Shown here: piece by piece, positions 54,489-64,000 of the stretch
How positions within the stretch are numbered: position 1 is the first letter of the stretch
How the letters are laid out: each line of letters begins with the position of its first letter
Assembly: GCA_001949185.1 (NCBI GenBank)
Contig: BDGG01000013.1
Span: 186,001-250,000 of the forward strand
From: Ramazzottius varieornatus
Taxonomy: Eukaryota > Animalia > Tardigrada
DNA: 64,000 bases
Direction: 5' to 3'
Made by a program: the position numbers and the translations under genes
Notes under the pieces: model-generated
What the model was told of the DNA's origin: nothing
The model's database searches: none
The model's input: only the letters and a program-made list of their open reading frames with translations

Positions 54489-54838
54489 AGTGAGGGCTCC
54501 TCTCACCACCGGCACCACCGATGGGCTCATCTCACCACTAATATTTAAACTTTTGACACCACCGACGACTCATCGCACCACCACCCAGAATTTTATTTCA
54601 ACTGGAGGTGACCGAAATACGAGAAACTATGTAGTATGTCAGAAATTTGTCACTGGGAGAATAGATCAGCCGGTGGGGTGACAAATGGTGGTGGTGGTGG
54701 ACTCGTGATTTTCTGGTTCATCTGACCACATTTCGTTTTATAAAAAAAGTGGTGAGAAGAGGCCATCGGTGGTGTTTCAATTAGAACAGGCGGTGAGATG
54801 AGCCCATCGGTGGTGCCGGTGGTAAGAGAGCCCTCACC
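54489..54838. mobile_element. MITE with ~48-bp TIRs and an 8-9 bp target duplication (MULE- or hAT-type)
   Basis: GTGAGGGCTCCTCTCACCACCGGCACCACCGATGGGCTCATCTCACC pairs with GGTGAGATGAGCCCATCGGTGGTGCCGGTGGTAAGAGAGCCCTCAC. TTACATTTT is duplicated at 54480-54488 and 54839-54847. Confidence 0.85.
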
Positions 54839-55985
54839 TTACATTTTGATAGCCTGACCCACACGACTGTCCGATATAAATCTCTTTCATCCAGTAATGC
54901 GATAACGTTATTCTAGTCCTCTTTGGAAGAGGCAGTATTCATGGAAACCTTCCCGTTGAACAAACGAAGTTAATCCACAGACTGGTCACTGGAGTCACTA
55001 CTGTTGCATGTCTGTTCCGGAATACACCCTGAACAACACACTTCCGCAAAACTGCAAGAATAGAGACTGGAATTTCCCATTCAGGCTTCTTATAATAGGA
55101 TCCTCTTGCTAACAGATTATCACCTGCTAAAGACATTGGACCTTCTCCAGAGAATTTTTCCCGGAAGTGGGTTTGAAAAGTGGCGTTACGGAGATCATTG
55201 TCCCTCTTCTCCCAGGCTCTTGCAGCAATGCCACGAAATGTCTCCCAAAAAATCTCGGGAGTTCCGTGCAAGCATGAGTGTATAAGTTGATCAAAAAGAC
55301 TGAGGTATGGCGTCAGAGAAAATTTTGAACTTCGGTAGAACAAGTCATACTTCCGCACCTAATACCAGTCAATAGCAAAATACGCCACACGACTACCGGC
55401 AGAGTAGCGTCCTCAGGCTTTCACGCTTTACAGTACAGAGAGTGCCTCCGTTCTGATGGTCACGTGGTCCATATAACGTTAGCCATCGATGAGAGCCGTC
55501 ACGTGACCACCGAAAGAGACGGCTGTTCTAACTCAGCAGTGCAGAAAACAGTATCTTCTTCCGTGGTAAGCTGTGACAGTGCTCTTACGTAATCTCCTCC
55601 AGTCATGTTCATTTTGTGCGCCAAGATCTGAGAAAAGAATAGATGCCGTTATGGTACTGTAAAAATTCGCTGTAACCGCCACCTACGTTGTAGTATACGT
55701 AGATCCTGTCCTTGGGTAGTCGGGGTTGACCCCTGGACCACCCGGTGGAAACGTCCTGCACGTGCACGTACTGTGGCGGATATAGCGAATTTTTACGGTG
55801 TTGGTTTTCTTTGGGGTGTGATCTCGTAAAATTTGATACCAAATTTCCCAAACCAATGTTCACACAAGTCGACTCACCATGAACTTTCTCAGGACGGCTG
55901 TCCGAAGCACAACGGAAAGAACTGTTGAAACAAAACGCTATTACCGTAGACCGCTTCTAAATAAATGGGCAGGTCAGAGCTGTAG

Positions 55986-57018
55986 TCAATAGCTTATAAA
56001 ATTACCACGTGCAGACAGCTGGATTTCACTCAGAAGTGCCGTGACGTTTCTGTCAAAGTCTTCTGGTTGCTGAGACGAGTCGACCAGCCTCAGAGTAACT
56101 GTACCGCCAACGGCGGTGGCCAAGCTATCCAAGCTAGATGCAGTGTCTGCCGTGTCCGAGCCCATACTCGAGTCGTCCGTCCCCTCACAGACGTCCAACA
56201 CTTGATAGAAATTGGTCCACTGAAACTTTCTCATCAAGTATACCCATTGCATGCTTAAGGTGATCACATCTATTGCACTCGTCATAATGGCCTGAGAATA
56301 CTGCATTAGCAACGACGGGTCCACTGTGGTAGCTCTGCAAGGAATCCAAGGTCTTGACCAGATACACAGCTTCATCAACCATCTTACAGTCGACGTTTCG
56401 TACCCCACCAACGCCAGGCTGTTCCAACCTAACAGAAGAAATCGTCCAGCGACTTGCGCTAACTTACGAAATTGCGCTTTTCAACTGTTGTTACGGACAT
56501 GAGTGAGTAATAAGTATACCATACACAATAGACATGAGTGATGAACGAAGTTGTTTTACCTGCCGACATTTGCAGCAGAGACTTGATATATTTGCAGCCT
56601 GAAATACACGGAACCATTCCGTTGAATTCAAAATACACCAGGCTCCGCAAGACAGTTTCTGAAAGCATACAGTTCACCACTGTACCTTACCTGTGAAGGG
56701 TCCGAAGACAGCGAGTTTGGGGAGACGAGTCGGACTGTAATAGTATTTGGCAAGCATATCGGCCATGTTGCGGGATAAATCCTCGCATGTGCGACCATCT
56801 TGCTCAGTAAGATACTTGACAGAAAGTTCCATTAATGGAGAATTTTGTGCATTTGCTTGGCGGACAGCCCATTCAACGGCAGGTCCGATCTGGCAGAGGT
56901 TCCCGGTGTATTCCGGACTTGCGGTTGTAGGAAGGATCAACTCCACATTTAGAAGGCTTGATTGAATCATGGAAGGCAAGAAGCATGCCAAGGTCACTGT
57001 TACCCATTTTATCAGCAT
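55986..57018 (-). pseudogene. Receptor guanylyl cyclase / natriuretic-peptide-receptor-like extracellular (ANF_receptor) fragment
   Basis: Signal peptide MLIKWVTVTLACFLP, then IGPAVEWAV, LAKYYY, LAVFGP and WNSLALVGYE. No transmembrane, kinase or cyclase exons were recognised downstream. Confidence 0.5.
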
Positions 57019-57592
57019 TTTCGTATCGAATGGGATCAGATTTGAAGAATAGGACAAAAAGTCAAAAAAAAACCGCGCGTCACACTTATGTGGTTTCACT
57101 GGTCTCTGGCATCAATCTCGTGACCGATGCACTCACATGCATGTGCTGAAGACTAGTAAACAAAATATGATCTGCTTAATGAGCCCCAGTGTCTAGAAAC
57201 TTGATTCCTCACTCGACATGCCTTTATTGCAAGTACATAATTGTCTTCGCTCCGGATCGTCACAAGCAATGTGACCAATTAAATAAGACCAACAGGCCTG
57301 GCCTACCTTTGCCCAGGGATTGCGGAGCTGTAACATCAGTTACAAAACATGACGGTTCTTGCTCGTTGCCCTTGTATCAACTTGATTCCGCCGGAATCCG
57401 GAAATCTGCTCAACCTCCAGACCAGCGCAGGAACGTTGCGTTGCGGAGACATTTAACGGAAAGCCCCACTTGCTTAAGTTATTAGTCTGCGGACTAATTG
57501 CGAGACTGGAAGACCAAAACTTCTATTCAAATAATTATTGATAGCATCATTGTAAGGGGTCACACCTAACCTCTCCTATGGTTAGCCGGGCG

Positions 57593-57598
57593 NNNNNN
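57593..57598. other. Assembly gap (6 N)
   Basis: Run of N. Confidence 0.95.
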
Positions 57599-57983
57599 GG
57601 CTCACCATTCTTTTCACTTAATAAGCATGCCATATACAAATGCAACCAGAGCATCCGACCAAGACCATGTACAGCGAAGCCGTATCGTTCGACCTTCCCG
57701 TACCGCTTTTGCCAGGAGTCTACCTTGCCCAACAATAGAAGTTAACACCCGCTTTACCATGAGACACAAACGATCAAAAACAGCAGTTATCAAGAAAGTG
57801 TACACTGACCGGCGAAGCCGAGCGAGCGCTTCCACCAATGAGCCAAACCGAAAACACTTTGCAGCATAAAGTAACGGCAACGAACCATTTTTTGTTCTCA
57901 AATTCAATTTGTGTTTTTTTTCGGGGGTTAAACACAAAGATAAAGTTGGAAGTGAAGATATGCGTGTTTCCCTGTCATGTTAT

Positions 57984-58210
57984 AACCACGGTGGGAAATT
58001 ATGAGACACTAAGACTTATGGGACAGTAAAAATGATGGGACAGTTTTCGCTACGGCGGTTTTCGCTTCGTTTTCGCTACGGTGGTGCGGAAGCATGTACG
58101 TACGCGACCGATTCACCTTTTGACACTTTTCTACAGTCGAATTCTCCATTTTGCCGTTCTTTCCGCCTATCCCATAATTTTTACTATCCCATAATTTCGC
58201 ATCGTACGTG
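57984..58210. mobile_element. MITE of the CACGCACG-terminus family, inverted relative to the 60249 copy
   Basis: AATTATG(A/G)GACA subterminal repeats with inverted TCCCATAATT. The interior matches the reverse complement of 60249-60420. Confidence 0.7.
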
Positions 58211-60167
58211 TACGCGGCTTGTGCAGATTTGTAAGGCAACGTATTTGGTGTCTTTGCAGGCTTCCTCTGCCGCTAGTGATGCTAAGGCTACCGGAGCATC
58301 CTACTTGGACCAAGGCAAGCATACCGTTTGTCATGCTGCTCAGAGTGTAACGGACAAGGGATTTCGGATCGCACGCGATCGAGCAATAACTGGTCTGTGA
58401 TGTCCGGGGCTTACGCGCACTGCACCGAAGGAACAAACGTTGCGAAATCAGTTTTGATCGGTGGGCTGTCCTCCCAGAGGGAACCAGTTGGGAGTCACGC
58501 TTGATCGCTGAAGGGAATTGCACTTAGTATTGATACGATGCACCGACATTAGCGAGCAGTTAAAAAGCTTGCGTCGACTGTAAACTATGCGTGATCTACC
58601 GATGGGTGGTACCTTTGACCGCCTAGCCGTTCCACTGATATGGAAGACTCGGCCAAGCATTTTTAGTCGACTCAACATCAATGATTCTATCGAACGCACA
58701 ATACAATTCAGCCGTGGCTAAAAGTATTGATATTCGTGCAACGACGAATTCGCAGTTACAGATAGATGAGACCACTTTTGGACCATCCCGCCACCCAGTG
58801 GCGGCTGCGTATACAGACTTCTGCCGTTAACCTTTCCCATGTCATTGTTCAAACATAGGCATTAGCACCAGTGAAGATGAGCTGGCAAGACCTTTGGACC
58901 TCACTCTGTGCGTGAATGAGCGACATGAATCAATCCCGGCAACTGAAACCGTACTCCATTCATCAGTCAAGATTCAAGGCCTTTCTTTCAGGCTCGGTTT
59001 TGAATGGCTATTCAAAATATGACGTGTTAGCACGCCTGATGCCTGTGTAGGGTGACGTAGAGGAGCTCGTATCAGATCGTTTGATAGCTCCGACTGATAA
59101 ATGCTCGCCATGTTCAAACTGGTGCGCGGAAGAGCTTCCCATACTGCCGCTAGCTGCTGACACCCACAGTAGTCTGGCCAGCTCTTCCGGGACCTTCTCT
59201 CAGTGCACCTTGCCTACATTGTTGGTCACGTTGCTTGCTTGCACAGAAACGTACGCCGTCGTACAACAATCGTTTGATACGGACCACGTAAATGCAATCG
59301 CGGCGGGCAAGGAGGCATTTTGAATTATTAAAAGTGGCTATAGGCAAGAATCAAACCACAGCCGCCATTTGGACGTCAAATCATCATATCATTTCATTGA
59401 TTGTCGAAAAAACTGCGAAGACAGAGCCGAGCACAGTTTAACCGTGGACGGATGGTTTATACAGTGCGGATGAGCCAAGTGACTACCACCTATAAAATCA
59501 GGGCGCTCTCGACTGGGTTTTCGCTTAACTTGAAACCAGATTTCCATGAACTGGCAACCATCCTGCTGCTCCTGAAAAAATTGGCGGCCGGAAATACGTG
59601 TACACGAAGCCAAAATCGCCAACAAACTGGGTTAGGTGCAGAGGCGAAATTGCACCCAACTTTCGCACGTTCTAGGGCTATTTTCCAACTTATTTTTTTC
59701 AGTTTTGAATTGAGGTCCTGCGACAATTTTGTTGCAAACAATCAAAACAGCAACTTGGCTACAGAAAAACCGTTTAAAAGTATGAATCCACCGTTCGAGA
59801 CAAGAGCAACAATTTTTACCGCGGAAGATGGTTCCCCGGCAAAATGGCCAAATTTGAAGGTTTTAATTCATTTGCCAAGGTTGTTTGGGTTTTCTGCAGT
59901 GGTTTGTGGTTTAAAATGATAACTTGCACAGTTTTACATGCCATAAGCTAGAACTGGAACTCGATAATGGAGTATAGGGTGGTACCGATAATTTTTTGTT
60001 CAGGACGAAATACCTTCCCCACCGGAAGTCATACTGATGAACTTTTCCGAACTTTTTCTCAGCCGATTTGGATGCAATGTATGCTAGTGGAAACCCTTTG
60101 AAGAGTTATATGAGATGTGTGAAGGACGGCACGAAAAAGACGTACGCTAAATAACTCATTGCGCTTT

Positions 60168-60221
60168 GTTTCAAGTGGTACTCACTTGGCTCATCTGCAC
60201 TGTATCACTTGCGCCAGCTGG
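60168..60221. repeat. Fixed-spacer palindrome family: degenerate intergenic unit
   Basis: AAGTGGTACTC(60173)-N25-TTGCGCCAGCT. Confidence 0.55.
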
Positions 60222-60248
60222 TTATCAGCATGTGAAGTGAAAACGGTA

Positions 60249-60420
60249 CACGCACGATGGGTAATTATGAGACAGGCGGAGAGGACGGTAAAGTGGAAAT
60301 TCAACCGTAGAAAATTGTTGAAAAGTACATTAGTGTGAATCGGTCGTGTTCGTACGTGCTTCCGTACCGCTTAGCGAAAAGGCTTAATTTTCACTGTCCC
60401 ATAATTACCAATCGTGCGTG
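60249..60420. mobile_element. MITE of the CACGCACG-terminus family (172 bp) with TA target duplication
   Basis: CACGCACGATGGGTAATTATGAGACAG pairs with CTGTCCCATAATTACCAATCGTGCGTG, with TA on both sides. Confidence 0.85.
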
Positions 60421-60719
60421 TACTGATTGGAAAACGTTCAATTGAAATGAAGTTTTGTGTTAATTAATGTGGTACTTGTTAGAGAGACGCTGTACTTGTC
60501 AGCTTTCTTGAACGATTAGGAGCAACTTGTTGAGAAACAGTCGGAGGTCGTCTTGATCTACAAGATACAAACAACTGGCTGTGAAAACTGAAAAGTGCAT
60601 CACGTTAGCACTAACACTTTTTCTTGCTTACTTTGCTGGACTGCAAAACAATAGTGCTCAGTATATAGAAACTCGTGTGTGAGGCTGAGCTTGTCAGAGT
60701 GTGCTCGAACAGCGAGCGT

Positions 60720-61504
60720 CAGACCGGGGGTTTCACTGACAAGGTGGCATTAGCAGTAGCCTGTGGGTAAGAATTTCAGTGACAGATCGACCGGTGGACG
60801 GCAAAGCCAACTATCGGCACAGCCGACTACCATAACAAGCCTTACCGTGAATAAATTGTTGTGGTTGATTTTGATGAGATAAAGAAGGTCGCGTTGGCTT
60901 CAACAATACCATTCAGATTGTTGACGGCTATACTGCCCTGACTGCGCACAAAGGGCTGCAGGAAGACGGCATCTCGGGAACGCGACACTCGGGCCGTCAT
61001 GTCGGCAGCCGCAATATCGCATGCCTGTTCCCGACAGAATACTTGCAGTTCGAAATATTTCGAATGGTCCAGTTCATATTTTCATCTACATTATTTTAAG
61101 CCCACATTATTGGCAAGGTCTTTGATAAGTCCCGTATTGACGCCGTTGACGGAATCTCCGTTGGTGTTTTCCGCCTGAATGGCGAAATCGTAGTCGAATG
61201 TTCCGTTAGATACGCCTTTCATGGCATCCAACAATTCTATGATAAACCCGGTCTATTTCCCTTCTGAATCGGCTGGATTCAAGAACGGCGGACTCTTTGG
61301 CAATACGAGCATGTAATGCAGTATTCGGCGCGAAACTATTCGGGATGGGCTAGGTCTAGGACTTACAACGACGCCGTGTACGCGGTACTTGGTCTTTAGA
61401 CGGCTTCCTGCGCCAGGACTACCGCTGCTGCCGCTATCAGTGTATTCCGCAATCCCGCTGTGAGCCATTGCTAAAAGGCAAAAACGAATGACACCGGAAC
61501 CCAT
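60720..61504 (-). pseudogene. Ionotropic glutamate receptor / IR-like ligand-binding (S1) fragment with an in-frame stop
   Basis: SPPFL..EGK*TGFIIELLD..GLIKDL..ADIAAADMT..R..FLQPF, with TAG at 61255-61253. No channel segments were seen. Confidence 0.6.
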
Positions 61505-62039
61505 CTTCTGACTAAGTGAGAATTATTCCGCCGGGATCAAAGTTCGCTATGTACAGTCACGCTCAATGGTCATCGCCACCCCATGGTCCTCCTTCGGTTC
61601 CCTGTATCATCTGATCCCGTTGTCCGATTTCGATGATTCAAACAGCATCATGTCGAGTACTCCTTGTACTTTTCGATCACCTGACTATGGTATCGCCGCT
61701 ACAATCAATCAAGCGGCGAGTGTGGGTGGTTTGGACACGGAAATGAGGCCTGTTTTTGGCGGCTTGTTTCTCGTCACGTGACAGACGAAGGGGAAAACCT
61801 GAACTGCCAGAATTTACACGGAAATGTTCACTTTTGCAGATGGACGTTATGGGTGCCACATACTGAGAGTAAGTATACATGGAGTATAATACCAACATCG
61901 CGGTCTGTCATCACATACAGTAATGCACTCTAGAGGCTCCGGCTGAACTCAGCTTTAACCTTTTGTTCTGCGAAAAATTCTGTCAGACAGCTTGAGGTTA
62001 GAGCAACAGATCCGATTGGTCCTTGAAAAACAGAGTTCC

Positions 62040-64000
62040 TCATTGAGTGTGGAGTTTCCCGGGATTCGTCAGATTTCCATTGGTATCGGAGTGTCGAAGC
62101 TGTTGGTCAGCAGCACCACTTGTCGTTGCGTCCATCTCGTCTTGCCGCCTTTTGGGTCGCAAGAAATGACGATAAACGTGGCCGAACACAAGGAACCCAA
62201 TGGCCAGCACATGGCCGACGTAATAGATGCTACTCCAGTACCGTATGGTTCTGTCGTAGGTCAGACAGATGAAACCTACGACCATATACTCAAAAGCCCG
62301 CATCCGCAGAAACCAGTTTATTGCCTTGGCCCAACGCGGAGCATCTCTCGGTACCCAGTCTTCGGCTGCCAGCATCAGTGGTACCGTCAGCAAACCGACA
62401 TAATACCCTACAGCAGAATCGACACACTAATTAGTCCCATCGACAAGCACCGAAATATTGTTTGGCAAAGCGAGAGTGCAGATCAGATCAGCACACGTTT
62501 CCCGGGAAGAAAACGGAACGCGCAAGATCTTTATTTCACGTAGCGCACGCTTCCAGGCAGTAACAATGAAGAGCTGCGCCACTCGAGATTAAAATCCTGC
62601 ACGTTCCGACGGTTGTCGACCTCCCATTTATTTCCATTGGTTCCAATAAATATGCATTACCTCCATGAAGGCCGTGCCAATAAGCGCTGACAAACATGAC
62701 AACAGCGGTCCGGATGGATTTGTAGGGCACTCTGCGGTAAACATGCCAGGCGAGCCAGTACTGAACCGTCATGTTCCAGGACTTCATGGCAGCTCGCACC
62801 GTCGGTACGAACTCCACTTCGTACTCATCAATATCTGTAACAGACTGGTTCGTTTGTTCCACGGCGTCAAACCGTCAGGAAGTAAGCGTGAGAACGTACT
62901 GTAGATGGTCTCGTAGCTGAACTCTGTACTTCGATCCACAGTCTCCGGAAGTCTGTAACAGCGACAGTCTGTTGCGTTCGCATCGCAGCACAGTTCAAGT
63001 TCACTGTGGAAAAGGACGACGAAATCGAGGTTTACTTTTCTGGTTCTGTCGGTCCATATCCGGGCTTGGGCTTACTTACGGCTGGGTACAAGCCCAATCC
63101 AGCCATAATGCATGATGATTCCGCCATAAGCCATGCAACGTAGAGCTTCATGCGGAAAATGACAAACAAGGCAACCATGTAGAAACACCGGTACAAAAAT
63201 GTCGTCTCCTCGTAGAATTTATCGTCCCACAGCATCTACAAGCACAACAATTGTTTATCAAGGAAAGCAACCTAATCAATCATGGAATGACGTACCGAAT
63301 AGGAGAAAAGGGATGACAGAATGAAGAAGCATGCCATATAAACGGGTACCATCCGCAACCGCTGTTTGGTCATTGTGATACGCGGCATGACGTGCAATGC
63401 ATGGGAACGAATCATGTCATTGTAGGTCTTGAACTTGAAGTAGGGACCTGTTTATCACAATGGTGGGTCAAAAGTGCTGTAAGCTAGAGACTGCTTTGTT
63501 CAATACCGGTCATCATGCCGATGTAGCACAGACAGTAATTGACGATATCCATAAACGACGGTGCAACATCCATAAAGGGCTTCATGCAGGAGAAACTGGC
63601 GGAATTGCTGGGGAAAGGTGCAATGCCGCGCCGCCGTAGTTGCGTATCATGAACCTCGAAAGCCACTCCGATCGTCTGTAATCAGGCGTCATCTTTCAGC
63701 TGAACATTCACTTATCCATTGGCCCATCCTCACCTTCAGGGTTAAAATTAGCTGCACAGCGTTACAAAATTCGTTTGTCTCTTTTAGTCCAAAATATGTC
63801 ACACTGCGGAAAAAGGCAAGATACCCGAAGGTAAAGATGGTGCTCCATGTGTGGCAGTTTCTAAAAAGGCAGCGAATACATGATAAATACCGTTGTTCTT
63901 TTTATCTATTAATAGCATGATGCTTACCGAACGCTTATAATGATAGCGGCGTTACCAAAGATGGTAATAAGAGGATGCAAGGTTTGGGGGCCGCAAAACG
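62040..64000 (-). CDS. MBOAT7: Lysophospholipid acyltransferase 7 (LPIAT1), 3' exons; start not identified, probably beyond the window
   Basis: YIGMMTG|PYFKFKTY; FRMKLYVAW; GLGLYP; MKSWNMTVQYWLA; SAYWHGLHG|GYYVGLLTVPLMLAAE; stop at 62042-62040. Confidence 0.92.
62516..62590. repeat. Fixed-spacer palindrome family: 1 unit in an MBOAT7 intron
   Basis: ACGTAGCGCAC(62538)-N25-CTGCGCCACTC. Confidence 0.8.

Larger units (their letters stand above)
52781..55359. mobile_element. Putative old non-autonomous DNA transposon containing nested insertions
   Basis: Inverted termini GGTGCGAAAGTATGACTTGT (52781) and ACAAGTCATACTTCCGCACC (ending 55359). No intact ORF lies inside, and the left target duplication is imperfect. 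Confidence 0.5.

Overview
Eukaryotic (animal) genomic DNA with compact genes and short GT-AG introns. The gene style and the AT-hook and GPCR sequences suggest a tardigrade such as Ramazzottius, which is an inference only. The first ~24 kb is a dense housekeeping cluster: NHLRC2 (5' part), a disrupted SPOP-like BTB gene, TMEM126, TAF1C, an 8-exon five-AT-hook disordered protein, a C2H2 zinc-finger gene, DIMT1 and GPAA1. From 24 to 42 kb lie two neprilysin pseudogenes, a Tc1 fragment and two intron-containing pogo-like transposons. AdipoR and an intronless GPCR follow, then a MITE-rich gene-poor stretch, receptor fragments and the 3' part of MBOAT7. The main unexplained signal is a ~90-bp palindrome, AAGTGGCGCAC-N25-GTGCGCCACTT with outer TCGACAAGAT/ATCTTGTCGA arms. 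I found 17 units; 15 lie in introns of intact genes, the spacer length is nearly fixed, and tandem units repeat at 70-83 bp (77 bp in three of six intervals). All coordinates and splice sites were read by eye.
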